Positions 19,688 to 29,910 of a stretch of DNA of 64,000 bases are shown here, one piece after another. The first letter of the stretch is position 1, and each line of letters opens with the position of its first letter. The position numbers were made by a program, and so were the translations under genes. The notes under the pieces are model-generated. The model saw only the letters and a list, made by a program, of their open reading frames with translations, searched no databases and was not told the DNA's origin. Origin of the DNA: a virus (lineage: Duplodnaviria > Caudoviricetes); IMG/VR virus record IMGVR_UViG_3300013947_000019, positions 1-64,000 of that record; one strand, 5' to 3'.

Positions 19688-19925
19688 TCCTCATATTACT
19701 AATATATCGCATTACACCATCGAATGTATCATCTGTAAATAATACTGAATGATTATCCAGAAGAATACCAGTACAATTGGGATACTCTTTAATAGATGCT
19801 GGGAAGATCTTAACGATCTTATCCATATTAATTGCTTCTCTTCGTTCTTTTTCAGAAGCATATACGGAGTTGCTATTATAGTGTGTAGAAGTACCAACGA
19901 TATTAAAAACGATAAAAGTAACCAT
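19665..19925 (-). CDS. Small hypothetical protein
   Basis: AAGGAG RBS; resembles the N-terminal extension of the adjacent deaminase. Confidence 0.65.
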   Translation of the reverse strand: MVTFIVFNIVGTSTHYNSNSVYASEKERREAINMDKIVKIFPASIKEYPNCTGILLDNHSVLFTDDTFDGVMRYISNMRSDDYDAD

Positions 19926-19942
19926 AATACATATTCTCCTTC

Positions 19943-20131
19943 TTAAAATGATTTAAGTATAACAATAAACCAGATAAACGCTGTGGCAATTATATATGGG
20001 AGTATAGTCTTTGGTTTACGATAGTAACTAACCAATGCAGCTACCCCATATGACAATATCACGTAGATCAATAGCTTCCAATCAAACACTTGAGACACAA
20101 ATAACGTAAAGTTCATATCAGTAACCTCCAT
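19943..20131 (-). CDS. Small membrane protein
   Basis: Two hydrophobic helices. Confidence 0.6.
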   Translation of the reverse strand: MEVTDMNFTLFVSQVFDWKLLIYVILSYGVAALVSYYRKPKTILPYIIATAFIWFIVILKSF

Positions 20132-21500
20132 ATGTCAGATCAGTCCAAGTAGGATTCTTCTGAGATCTGGGAAGTACATAATATAACTTATTCTTAGCTC
20201 GAGTCACAGCTGTATACCGAAGTCGCATATGATACTCTTGACTACTATGACCCATGAAATTATCCAGAAACATAACAGTATCAGATGAAACACCCTGAGA
20301 TGCATGGACTGTAATAATATGTGCAAACTCAAACTTCTTACCAGGATTGAGTCTTTCATAGTATGACATATCTTTATCACCAAATGGAGCATTCAAAAAC
20401 TTAGCATCGCAGAGTAATCCTTCAAATGCCAGATTAGGCGTATGATCTGGAATGAAGTCCATTGTATATACATTAGATACTGGATCTACATCACTTTTAG
20501 CTACATTATATGCACAGATCCCTTGTGTTCCATTCGTAAGAGGATATGGACCAAGTTTTGTATTCCAATCATTCTTACGACAAATCATACGCTCTCCTTT
20601 ACGAGGATATGGAGAATCTGTTTTTACAATATACTTCCGGTATATATCCGTGTATACTTGTCTTTGCTTATTTGTTGTAGAGAGAATGATGTCAGACCCC
20701 CTAAAGAAGGGTTTAAAACGATGAAAAGTTGCTTCTGGTGAATCTTGCTGCCAAAGGAAATGAACTTCATTCCGATAACTACTAATATCCACTGGTGTAT
20801 ATGTACGAATACGAGTAGCAAGATCGATAATCTCAGAATCGAGAGCTTGTCTCATCACATCAGTCATAAAGTAATCAAGATTATCAAGCATAAAACACTG
20901 CTTACCAGTTACTGGTGGAAGCTGAATTGGATCACCAGTTTCCAGAATAGGCACATTATATGATGCAATCAGATTCTGTAAAGACTCTGATAAGAATGAT
21001 GCCTCATCTACAATGATTAACTTAAGAGAACCAGGCAGTTTCTTGACTGGCGTAAATTTAGTCTTCATTAGAGGAACACCAGATCGATACATAGGTTCAC
21101 CCTTATCATTCAAAAGAGGTACATCTTTGGACTTAAAGAATGTAGAATGAATCGTCTTAGCAATAATACCACCTTGACGTAAAACATTTACAGCCTGACC
21201 AGTATATGCTACTACATAACATTCATTATCCAACAGATCTAACTGTTGCAAAATATATCGAATCAAAAATGTCTTGCCGACGCCTGCGCAACCACCAATA
21301 CGCAGAATTGGTTTTCTTCTTTTAGATCCAACATACCAATCATAGAACAGCGAATATGCTTCTTTCTGTGATCTTGTTAAATCATGATAATCAATCTCTT
21401 TATTTTGACCTTTAATAAGTAGAGGTTCTCCTGGGATGTCTCTATACCCGCTACCTCTCTTTTTCTTTGGCTTTTTCAATACTGCCATTGTAAATACCAC
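20118..21500 (-). CDS. SF1B helicase (Dda/RecD-like)
   Basis: GCAGVGKT, AYTGQA, TIHS, IVDEAS, GDPIQLPPV, MRQ, TVHASQG and YTAVTRAK. Confidence 0.92.
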   Translation of the reverse strand: MVFTMAVLKKPKKKRGSGYRDIPGEPLLIKGQNKEIDYHDLTRSQKEAYSLFYDWYVGSKRRKPILRIGGCAGVGKTFLIRYILQQLDLLDNECYVVAYTGQAVNVLRQGGIIAKTIHSTFFKSKDVPLLNDKGEPMYRSGVPLMKTKFTPVKKLPGSLKLIIVDEASFLSESLQNLIASYNVPILETGDPIQLPPVTGKQCFMLDNLDYFMTDVMRQALDSEIIDLATRIRTYTPVDISSYRNEVHFLWQQDSPEATFHRFKPFFRGSDIILSTTNKQRQVYTDIYRKYIVKTDSPYPRKGERMICRKNDWNTKLGPYPLTNGTQGICAYNVAKSDVDPVSNVYTMDFIPDHTPNLAFEGLLCDAKFLNAPFGDKDMSYYERLNPGKKFEFAHIITVHASQGVSSDTVMFLDNFMGHSSQEYHMRLRYTAVTRAKNKLYYVLPRSQKNPTWTDLTYGGY

Positions 21501-21505
21501 CTTAT

Positions 21506-21847
21506 TTACGATTTATATATCATATATGATAGCATATCCCATATAAATGCTAATACCATGTATATTAATATTATTGGACTTAGTATAATTAAACGAGGGA
21601 TAATTAAGATTATAGTAAATAAAATCTTCCCAAATGGATTCATCTCATAGTATAATATAAAATCCCGTGTTTCTTCTATATTACATTTCCAATAAGAAAG
21701 CCACGAAATCTTATTAGAATAAGTAATGAGAAAATAACAATTCGATGCGATTATTATTACTATATATAATGCCGCAATAATTAGTAATACACATTGGAAA
21801 GATGATAAATTATATAACCAAAGTTCTAAAGAACTTATATTTTCCAT
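21506..21847 (-). CDS. Membrane protein
   Basis: Hydrophobic 113-aa ORF; AGGAGGT RBS. Confidence 0.6.
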   Translation of the reverse strand: MENISSLELWLYNLSSFQCVLLIIAALYIVIIIASNCYFLITYSNKISWLSYWKCNIEETRDFILYYEMNPFGKILFTIILIIPRLIILSPIILIYMVLAFIWDMLSYMIYKS

Positions 21848-21864
21848 CAGTTAATACCTCCTGA

Positions 21865-21878
21865 AACATCACTATAAT
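21865..21878 (+). promoter_or_regulatory. Late-like promoter AACA-TCAC-TATAAT
   Basis: Upstream of a two-gene + strand unit. Confidence 0.6.
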
Positions 21879-21903
21879 AATTCTATCTTGAGGTGAAGGT
21901 ACT

Positions 21904-22284
21904 ATGGGAACAACAGATAATGCACTGAAGTCCACAAATAAACAGGTAATGAGAGTATATGCCGCAAAGACATATAAAAATTTACCTTGGAAACAAGATG
22001 AAGAGACTGGAGAGCTCCCATCCACTGTATATATTACAGTAAATATTCCTGAATTTACACCTACTGTTCCCACAGATGATTCTTATGAACAGTTAGGTCT
22101 TTCAGGCTCTTTCTTTGAAAATAAAAACTTCCCTACTACAGCGGGAACGATTCAGATGAGTCATTATTTAACTCTACCTATTGCAAGAGGTTCACGTATT
22201 CCTCCCACGATTACATACGGAACTCCATTCCTTCTATTTATGCCTACTAATAAAATAGAAGAAGGATACCTGATTTACTTATAA
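21904..22284 (+). CDS. Hypothetical protein, probably virion/baseplate
   Basis: GAGGTG RBS, late-like promoter, adjacent to a gp53-like gene. Confidence 0.65.
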   Translation: MGTTDNALKSTNKQVMRVYAAKTYKNLPWKQDEETGELPSTVYITVNIPEFTPTVPTDDSYEQLGLSGSFFENKNFPTTAGTIQMSHYLTLPIARGSRIPPTITYGTPFLLFMPTNKIEEGYLIYL

Positions 22285-22302
22285 GAAAGGAGATAAGTAA
22301 TC

Positions 22303-22758
22303 ATGGCTGTTGATTTCAAAACGCTCGATAGTCTGATTGAAACGCAGACTCGATTTGATATGAACAATGTCACATTGTTTACAATGACAGATGATAAAAG
22401 TCTAATCATTGCAGATACTGATCTATTTACTATATATGCAAAATATATTACTCCATATGTATCTACTTATACTGTAACCAAAGAACAACGAGAAAAATAT
22501 GCTCGTAAACCAGAGTGGTTAAGTCAAGATATTTATGGTTCTCCAGAACTTGCTTGGCTATTGATCAGACTGAATGATATGGAATGTGCATCTAAATTCT
22601 ATCTGAAATCTACTATCAAAGCAATTTCACCAGATGATTTAGATGAATTATATGATACCGTTATCACTCGTAGTAATGACCGTATTACCAAAAACTGGAA
22701 TCAATATATTCCTGAATCATATCCGACAGAGGATGACTTAGCTGATATTCATGAATAA
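22303..22758 (+). CDS. Baseplate wedge-like (T4 gp53/LysM-like) protein
   Basis: KPEWLSQDIYGSPELAWLLIRLND matches the RPExxxxxxYGxxxxxWxxxxxN pattern. Confidence 0.65.
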   Translation: MAVDFKTLDSLIETQTRFDMNNVTLFTMTDDKSLIIADTDLFTIYAKYITPYVSTYTVTKEQREKYARKPEWLSQDIYGSPELAWLLIRLNDMECASKFYLKSTIKAISPDDLDELYDTVITRSNDRITKNWNQYIPESYPTEDDLADIHE

Positions 22759-22804
22759 AAAATAAGGGGAGGCAATTACGCCTCCCCAATTATTCTTTTT
22801 ATTT
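22759..22804. terminator. Bidirectional intrinsic terminator between convergent genes
   Basis: GGGGAGGC-aattac-GCCTCCCC flanked by A/T tracts. Confidence 0.8.
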
Positions 22805-23392
22805 TTACTCGGGAGTATCCTCAGTGGTAGTCTCATTATTCTCCTCAATAGGAACCGCTTCAATCTGATCCATACTAATGGGCTCAGAGCTATCCACATC
22901 AGTCAGAACGCAGCCATCTCCAAACAGACTCTGCATAACAGACGGATCAGAAACATCAAGAGTTTCACCAGCTTCCATTTGAGTCCGCATAGTAGTAATC
23001 TGAGTCATAGTACCAGCCATAACCTGAGCATAAGTTTCCAGATCACCCCAGTACTCAATCTTGTTACAGCGACGGCACTCACGGATGATAGCACCAACAC
23101 CCACATAGCGACCATGCTCAGAAATTACAATCACGGCATAGTTGTACTGAGAAGGATCATCTTCGATAGGCTGATCATTCAGCAGAGTAATACCGCTATT
23201 CCGCTTCTTACCAGCACAAGAGGGGCAGGGATAATAATCATTCAGAATCTTCTCCTGAATAACACTATTCAGAAGATTATTATTACTTGCATTCATCTCC
23301 TGAATCTCTTCTTCACTCATCGTATGTGAATCATCATACTTATCAATCTCATAAACGATCACATTCTCATCAAAATTCTTAATAGCATCCAT
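22805..23392 (-). CDS. Zn-ribbon protein with acidic termini
   Basis: CPSC...CRRC. Confidence 0.7.
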   Translation of the reverse strand: MDAIKNFDENVIVYEIDKYDDSHTMSEEEIQEMNASNNNLLNSVIQEKILNDYYPCPSCAGKKRNSGITLLNDQPIEDDPSQYNYAVIVISEHGRYVGVGAIIRECRRCNKIEYWGDLETYAQVMAGTMTQITTMRTQMEAGETLDVSDPSVMQSLFGDGCVLTDVDSSEPISMDQIEAVPIEENNETTTEDTPE

Positions 23393-23395
23393 TCT

Positions 23396-23614
23396 TTAAA
23401 TACCTCCATTAAAAATCACTTGTAGACCGAGATGCATATGATAAATCAAACTATACAAGATGAAAGATACTGAAGATATAGACAGAATCATACTGATTAT
23501 TCTAACACTCGGATCTTCTTCTTGCATAGAGGTTTCTACCAGAATCTTTCCAGTAAATAGTATGTAAATAAAGGCTATCAACATACCAACTAACATGAAC
23601 CATTTCCCTACCAT
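23396..23614 (-). CDS. Small membrane protein (start revised to MVGKWF)
   Basis: AAAGGAG RBS before ATG 23614; two TM segments. Confidence 0.6.
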   Translation of the reverse strand: MVGKWFMLVGMLIAFIYILFTGKILVETSMQEEDPSVRIISMILSISSVSFILYSLIYHMHLGLQVIFNGGI

Positions 23615-23631
23615 AATATATAGATTCTCCT

Positions 23632-23847
23632 TTAGTAAGAAATAGCCATATAATAAATGACTAAAAGAATCCCAGTTAGAACTGTGCTTACAATACATGC
23701 AAGTACATTGAACATCACACAGCGAGTTTTCTTCCAATCTGGGATCTTTCGGTCACTCAGTGTAGCTGATATTAAGCTAGTACATCCGATAATACCTTTA
23801 CTAAGAAAGATACAGCAGACAATTGTTACAATTATAAAACAGATCAT
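23632..23847 (-). CDS. Small membrane protein (start revised to MICFII)
   Basis: GAGGTGG RBS; ATGA overlap with the upstream gene; two TM segments. Confidence 0.6.
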   Translation of the reverse strand: MICFIIVTIVCCIFLSKGIIGCTSLISATLSDRKIPDWKKTRCVMFNVLACIVSTVLTGILLVIYYMAISY

Positions 23848-24044
23848 ACTCTCCACCTCAATGTTATTATGGCTGCCAACCATAGAATAATGAATACAAA
23901 ACACAATACCATATTCATGAACCAACCAGATAGTTCTGTATAACTTGTATCCTTGCTTCTCATTTTCATAAAACTGATTACAAATCCTACACAGTTAATA
24001 TAGATCATTACAATATTCCAAATTAAATGTAATGTATAACTCAT
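23844..24044 (-). CDS. Small membrane protein
   Basis: ATGA overlap with the helicase stop; two TM segments. Confidence 0.6.
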   Translation of the reverse strand: MSYTLHLIWNIVMIYINCVGFVISFMKMRSKDTSYTELSGWFMNMVLCFVFIILWLAAIITLRWRV

Positions 24045-25852
24045 GTGCTCATCATATGGACGTTACCCAATGCCTCCAAATTTAATTCTTTGCTCCCATG
24101 ATTCCGGGGGATCAACATAATAAATCCCTCTTCATCTCTCTGATAAGCTTCCTGCGGAACACCAGATCTATCGATATCATCAAACATAGTATCAATAAAC
24201 TCATGTGCCACATTCTCATCAGGATCATCACTCATAGGAGCTAAGAATCCCACATCCCTTTGGGTCATGATATTAATGGACTCAGAATCATCTCGAATCT
24301 GTGCACCAATCTCATCCATGAGACTCAAACGATACAAAGGATCCGTACTGATATCATCCATTAACTGAATCTGTGTATTCTTACCAGCAAAAGGTTGTAA
24401 GAAATATTCAATCGACTTTGTTGTATCACCACGGAACTTCAATCTTCTGAAAGACAAATAATATCTTTCTTCATTGGAATCGTACTCCACAACGATTGCA
24501 ATATTTACATCGAAGTTCTTTAACATACCAAAGGACTCAGAGATATTACCTGTACCAACCTTACGACCGATATCTGCATTACCTTTTTCTCTCTGCTCTT
24601 CGATAATAGAAACACCTTCTCGGTTAAACTGAGAAGCAGTGATAATCGGAATATCCAACTCAATCGCTAGATCATGCATCTGGTTAGATACATCTGCCAA
24701 GGCATTTCTCTTCTCAGAATTAGCCATTGGAGGACGAAGTCTTTCGATATAATCCTGAATAACACAGATTACCTCTTTACCTGAGTTATCCAGCTCTTCT
24801 ACAATACCTTTAATGTCCGGAACACTGATATCCATATTTCCATAATAGCGAAATTCAATATCGATATCCTGTTCATCCTGAACGACACAGAATCCGCCCT
24901 TCTTCATAATCTGAATGATCTCTTTCGGTTTATGAGATTTAATATCCGTACCTCCAAAGATACCATAGATACGAAGAAAAGTTTCCCAAATATTATTTTC
25001 CTGAGATAAGAATAAGATAGTGGGTCTCTTGGTTGGATCTTTATGCGATCTACCTTTATTATACAACTTAATCTGTTTCATCAAGTTCAATAACAAACCT
25101 GACTTAAAGCCACCAGTTGCACCAATAAAGTTATATACACGAGCATCTTCAAATCCACCGTTCAGCATCTTATTCATTCCCTGCCAACCAGTCTGAAGAT
25201 AATGAGATGTAGATAATGCTCTTTCAGCACCTTCTAACATGATTGCATTGAAATGATCCTCATCTGTCAGATTAAATCTATTCTCTTGCTTAGATTTTCT
25301 CTGTGCTTTTGTCAATTCATTTAACAAACCTTGGAATAATCTGATTGCATTATCGCAATCTTCTGACTCTCTACCAAACTCATTATTCTTCAGATCTCCC
25401 AGAAGTTTCATCATGGCATCATTATACTCATGCATGAAAATCATATTAAGTTGGCTATAGACCATCGAGTTCATAAACTCAATATCTTTCTTACCCATAT
25501 GATTATGCTCAATGCCTTCAATGACATCACGCTTAATAATCGCTGCATACTTCTTAGATGCATGATCATACACATACTGAATACATAACTTCGGAGAGAC
25601 AACACCTTTATCCAATCTCGCTTCAAGGAAATATGTAATAAACAGATATCTTGCCATCTTAGCTTCATTCTGTTTAAAACTCTCTTCACTCACACGAGCA
25701 AAGTAATCCTTCACATTTGAAAGATTGCTATAATTTATTGTGCGGTTTTCATAGTTGAGAAGATACTCACAATACAAATCCAATGTATCCAAATCCGCAT
25801 GTATAATGAGTTTATCTTTGCGCTTCAACATCTTGACATAATCTACAGACAT
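24041..25852 (-). CDS. DnaB-like replicative helicase
   Basis: TGWQGMNKMLNGGF, GATGGFKS (Walker A), FLSQEN, IQDYI, IPIITASQFNR and ISES. Confidence 0.9.
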   Translation of the reverse strand: MSVDYVKMLKRKDKLIIHADLDTLDLYCEYLLNYENRTINYSNLSNVKDYFARVSEESFKQNEAKMARYLFITYFLEARLDKGVVSPKLCIQYVYDHASKKYAAIIKRDVIEGIEHNHMGKKDIEFMNSMVYSQLNMIFMHEYNDAMMKLLGDLKNNEFGRESEDCDNAIRLFQGLLNELTKAQRKSKQENRFNLTDEDHFNAIMLEGAERALSTSHYLQTGWQGMNKMLNGGFEDARVYNFIGATGGFKSGLLLNLMKQIKLYNKGRSHKDPTKRPTILFLSQENNIWETFLRIYGIFGGTDIKSHKPKEIIQIMKKGGFCVVQDEQDIDIEFRYYGNMDISVPDIKGIVEELDNSGKEVICVIQDYIERLRPPMANSEKRNALADVSNQMHDLAIELDIPIITASQFNREGVSIIEEQREKGNADIGRKVGTGNISESFGMLKNFDVNIAIVVEYDSNEERYYLSFRRLKFRGDTTKSIEYFLQPFAGKNTQIQLMDDISTDPLYRLSLMDEIGAQIRDDSESINIMTQRDVGFLAPMSDDPDENVAHEFIDTMFDDIDRSGVPQEAYQRDEEGFIMLIPRNHGSKELNLEALGNVHMMST

Positions 25853-25921
25853 GTCAGTGTTCTCCTTTACTTTGAGTGTTGCTTAATATAAAGAAGTTCC
25901 TCCAGGTGTCAGAAAATAAAG

Positions 25922-27133
25922 TTATGCTTCTGAAGTTTTAATCTCATCTTTCACTTCATTCAAAATTCGTCTGAAATCTGCCTCCGTAATCTTAGCAGCT
26001 GGACTAAACTTATCAGGAAGTGTAGGTACCACTTCAGTCTCATAATATTTGAAAAGGATTTCTGCCATAGATAGATTCGTATCCATTACATAGGAATACT
26101 TCTCTTTGCGCTCCTGGTTTTCCTTTTCATGTTCTTCTTCTTTCTTTGACTTTACTTTCTTGACAATAGATATTCTTTTATCTTTTCGATATCTACTTTC
26201 CAACATATAGACTTTATCTGCATCTTCAAGAGTATCTGATCTTGTAATTCTGAGTGTAATCAAATCATTCTCTTTACAATCAGCAATTAATTCATCGATT
26301 GCTTTAAAGATTTCATCAATACTGAAAGTAGATAAGATAGTGCGAGAAATATGAAGATCATAATAATCAGCAGCATCGGTATTGATATAGTGTTCAATCT
26401 TAAACTTAGATCGATCTTTATCATAAATACCACCAATAATATAACCTGCATCCGTTCCTCCTCGTTCCAGAAGAGTGAATGGCCCTGCATAGTAAAAATG
26501 GTGCTTGATATGCTGATATTGATGAATGTGACCAAACATCACTGGACCCTTAGATGTTGCAATCAGATCCTTCGTATCAAACGTATATGATTTAGTAGGC
26601 ATTGTCTCAGATTCTTGTGTAAAGAACTTCATAGAATCAATCATACCATGCCCTAAGATCATATCATACTTCTTATCTTTTGTAAGATATTTTTCATATT
26701 CAGAATCTTTCTTAACTTTTACGTCGGGTAAAATCAGAATATGATAATCGTCCCAAATAGTCGTTTCTTCAATTGTCTCATATATTCTGAAATCGACACC
26801 ATCGTCATTATGTATATATGATTTAATATTAGATAATTGATCATTATCATGCGCAGGCGTACCTTTGATAATAATAACAGTTGAATTTTTCTTCTTTGCA
26901 ATCTTATAGATTTGATCAACAAACCAAAGATAGAGCTGAGAATATTCAGAGTTCAATGATACGACTGTATGTAACATATCACCAAGAATAAAGATACCAT
27001 CAAGGTATGGAAGTTTCTCCAATACCTTGATGCAATGTTCTTGTAACTGTTTCTTCATACTTGCTGCAGTAATACGATTTAAACCGATATGAAGATCGGC
27101 TAATGCAACAAAAATCTTAAAGTCTCTCTTCAT
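25922..27133 (-). CDS. SbcD/Mre11-like metallophosphoesterase nuclease
   Basis: ADLHIG, ILGDMLH, KGTPAHD, LGHG, FGHIH and YAGP. Confidence 0.88.
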   Translation of the reverse strand: MKRDFKIFVALADLHIGLNRITAASMKKQLQEHCIKVLEKLPYLDGIFILGDMLHTVVSLNSEYSQLYLWFVDQIYKIAKKKNSTVIIIKGTPAHDNDQLSNIKSYIHNDDGVDFRIYETIEETTIWDDYHILILPDVKVKKDSEYEKYLTKDKKYDMILGHGMIDSMKFFTQESETMPTKSYTFDTKDLIATSKGPVMFGHIHQYQHIKHHFYYAGPFTLLERGGTDAGYIIGGIYDKDRSKFKIEHYINTDAADYYDLHISRTILSTFSIDEIFKAIDELIADCKENDLITLRITRSDTLEDADKVYMLESRYRKDKRISIVKKVKSKKEEEHEKENQERKEKYSYVMDTNLSMAEILFKYYETEVVPTLPDKFSPAAKITEADFRRILNEVKDEIKTSEA

Positions 27134-27201
27134 TTTTATTCTTCTTTCACTTAAGATGTATAGTGATGTCTGTAAAAGTGTGGAAAAGAAAAGAGAGGCA
27201 C

Positions 27202-27588
27202 TCAGCCTCTCTCCTCATTATGTAAATGTACAAATTGATCCATAATCATAATGTATGGATGCCAATAATATTCAGTTTTATATGGGATTCCAGTAACTAT
27301 GTAGATTTCTTTAACACGCTCTGATACATAATCGAACATAGATTCGAAAAGAATACTTTCTTTAATAAAAGATAATTCATTATTCTGTAACTGTTTTAAT
27401 ACTTCTTTTTCTTCAGGAATCGTCAACGTCTTGGCACTCATAGATGCTACCAATTGATATTTGAATATATTCTTGGTGACATGACATTCACGAATGATGT
27501 AAGCCGCCGTATCAGGCTTATTACGATAGAGTCTGTACATCGGTGCATGGAGCAGATCACTAGCCCGATGTGAAAGATATAGTTTCAT
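27202..27588 (-). CDS. Hypothetical protein
   Basis: AAGGAGG RBS. Confidence 0.65.
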   Translation of the reverse strand: MKLYLSHRASDLLHAPMYRLYRNKPDTAAYIIRECHVTKNIFKYQLVASMSAKTLTIPEEKEVLKQLQNNELSFIKESILFESMFDYVSERVKEIYIVTGIPYKTEYYWHPYIMIMDQFVHLHNEERG

Positions 27589-27682
27589 AATCTGATCCCT
27601 CCTTCGTGGATGTTATTATAATAATGTCAAATTTTAATAGTAGAATTGGGTAGGCATTTAAGCCTACCCAATTATCTACTTA

Positions 27683-27698
27683 TATAGTATATATCTCA
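27683..27698 (-). promoter_or_regulatory. Early-like promoter motif
   Basis: TGAGATATATACTATA. Confidence 0.7.
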
Positions 27699-27700
27699 GA

Positions 27701-28351
27701 TTATGATCCCATTTTGAAGATCTTATAAAAGATAGCTAACATCTCTTTCTGCTTATCTACTTCTTCTTGTGTTTCATATTTAGAGGGATCAACATGAAAC
27801 GTCTTTAATTCTTTGAAAAGATAGAAGAATCGAGAAATCAGATTCTGATCAGTTCCTTCTAAGATCTTATCAATTTCTTCATCACTTGGAATCTCAAACT
27901 CCGGAAGCTTGCCAGTATCATCTGAAGTAAGATATTCCATTTTATCAGCAATTACTTTTTCTACTGCTTTCTTCATACCCAAAGCGAATGCATCATTATC
28001 TTCTACATTTCGATCATATGTATCTTCAGGTTGTAGATTTTCATATACAAGAGACATTGTATAGATAAACCCTAAACGTTCTACTTTGAATTGAAGTTTA
28101 GAATGAGTCAAACAATCACATACAACTTCCCAATATTCTTCGCCAATTGCAATAGCTTTTGCTAAGAACTCTTCAGGAATTAAAGTAATAGTTGAATCCT
28201 GTTTAACTGCTAACTCCATACCATGTTCATAACATCGGAAAGCAAGTTCTACAGAGGGATCACCTTCGATGCATTTTTCGGTATCACTAAGAACTTCCTG
28301 GATTTGCGCAGTAACCCATTGTGCTGCAGTAATGAAATCATTTTGTTCCAT
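27701..28351 (-). CDS. Hypothetical protein
   Basis: GGAGGT RBS; acidic 216-aa ORF. Confidence 0.75.
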   Translation of the reverse strand: MEQNDFITAAQWVTAQIQEVLSDTEKCIEGDPSVELAFRCYEHGMELAVKQDSTITLIPEEFLAKAIAIGEEYWEVVCDCLTHSKLQFKVERLGFIYTMSLVYENLQPEDTYDRNVEDNDAFALGMKKAVEKVIADKMEYLTSDDTGKLPEFEIPSDEEIDKILEGTDQNLISRFFYLFKELKTFHVDPSKYETQEEVDKQKEMLAIFYKIFKMGS

Positions 28352-28366
28352 AGTGACATACCTCCA

Positions 28367-29257
28367 TTAATCATAACAGATAGGAACATCTACACGAGAG
28401 GTATCTACAGTCTTCCGAATACTCATAATATGAGCCAGTTCATTCTTACCAGTATTCGGATTGTATGCATAATCATACCTGACAAGCTTACCAAGATCTC
28501 CAGGAATAGCAGCTTCTACCTGATCAGCAAGCCCTTCAATATCATGCCTTAACTCTTGTGTAGCATGTGTATATGCATTACGACGCTTATAAACATGACG
28601 CAAATCAAATAGATTGATTTTACAAATTGCATTCATAGGAATGTGCAAAGGATAGTTACCACGAGTATAATCTCCATTCTCATCAAATCCTTCAGGAACA
28701 TATCCATTTTGTGCACGTACCCAGACCTTACCATCTATATCAGTAAATTTCTCAGGGAACTCAAAACCAATTACATTTGCAACTTCAGCTAATCCAAGAT
28801 TTTTATCTTGATACCACCAGGAAGTTTCTAATTCTTGATATTTAGCAATGCGTGAAGAAGATCGAATAATACGATTATTAAAACGCATAGCATGTGCATC
28901 CAAATCCGCAACAGTACCATATCCGCATTTTTCAACAACAAAAGTTAAATCGATATAGCGCAACAAAGTTTCATGGCCAGCATCAATCCATGTACCATTC
29001 TCTTCCTGGCCAACACCAGCTCCCCACTTAGCCAGTTTATTGAGTATATTAACAATCTTATCATGCTCATCGTGATACCCCTGAGTATTCCGACCAGGAT
29101 CATTAGAAGGAGGAAGAATAAAACCTCTATAATCAGAATGATTATAAATTAGTTTCATTGTATTATAATATGTCTCCATATCAAAAGAACGTTTTGTTTG
29201 TTTCAAAGATGCATCTGCAGCAGCTAAGCCATTGACCTCGGTTAATGTAATAGCCAT
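28367..29257 (-). CDS. Divergent ThyX-like (flavin-dependent thymidylate synthase fold) protein
   Basis: GHETLLRY, RSSSR and NLFDLRHVYKRR...HATQELR follow the ThyX motif order, but the canonical RHR motif is absent. Confidence 0.5.
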   Translation of the reverse strand: MAITLTEVNGLAAADASLKQTKRSFDMETYYNTMKLIYNHSDYRGFILPPSNDPGRNTQGYHDEHDKIVNILNKLAKWGAGVGQEENGTWIDAGHETLLRYIDLTFVVEKCGYGTVADLDAHAMRFNNRIIRSSSRIAKYQELETSWWYQDKNLGLAEVANVIGFEFPEKFTDIDGKVWVRAQNGYVPEGFDENGDYTRGNYPLHIPMNAICKINLFDLRHVYKRRNAYTHATQELRHDIEGLADQVEAAIPGDLGKLVRYDYAYNPNTGKNELAHIMSIRKTVDTSRVDVPICYD

Positions 29258-29274
29258 CTCTTACAACCTCCTAT

Positions 29275-29910
29275 TTATTTTTGTATATAATTAATTAAAC
29301 TCTTCTCTGCAATATCACAATCTCGTACACTATATGCAGCTTTATTTGAATAAATAGCAATTGCTCGATTGTGTACATAAATTGTTTCAGGATTACCATC
29401 TGCTCCCTGGATAGTAACCTTATTAGTAAGAATAGACCTTGTATCGATATACATATATGGCTTATTATCAATACTAATAAATGGGTGGTTATCAGAAAAT
29501 TCTTTTACACTCTCAGGTGTATTAAAATTACCATTAATGATAATAGCTACTGCATTATTATAGATAGCATATTCACCAAATGGAGGAATCGGAACATGTG
29601 CGCTAATTACAGTCCGATTAAAATATGACTGATCCATAGTTACATCTAAGATAAGTGTAACAACTTCATTTTTAGCGCCATCCACAGTATACTCTCTAAC
29701 TGCCGTAACTCGAACAGGAGTTACATATGGTTTAATTTCAGAACCATCTTTCTCCTGCATTAAAAACATATCTCCGGTAACGATAGATTGAAGTTTACGA
29801 GAATAAAAGATTTCTTCAGCTTTTCTATTATTCAAGTAAATAGTACGCTTGAGTCCATCTCCTTCTGTTACAGAAGTTTGATCAACGATAAACTGGCCAA
29901 TAATATTCAT
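29275..29910 (-). CDS. Hypothetical protein
   Basis: Operonic ORF with ATGA overlap. Confidence 0.7.
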   Translation of the reverse strand: MNIIGQFIVDQTSVTEGDGLKRTIYLNNRKAEEIFYSRKLQSIVTGDMFLMQEKDGSEIKPYVTPVRVTAVREYTVDGAKNEVVTLILDVTMDQSYFNRTVISAHVPIPPFGEYAIYNNAVAIIINGNFNTPESVKEFSDNHPFISIDNKPYMYIDTRSILTNKVTIQGADGNPETIYVHNRAIAIYSNKAAYSVRDCDIAEKSLINYIQK

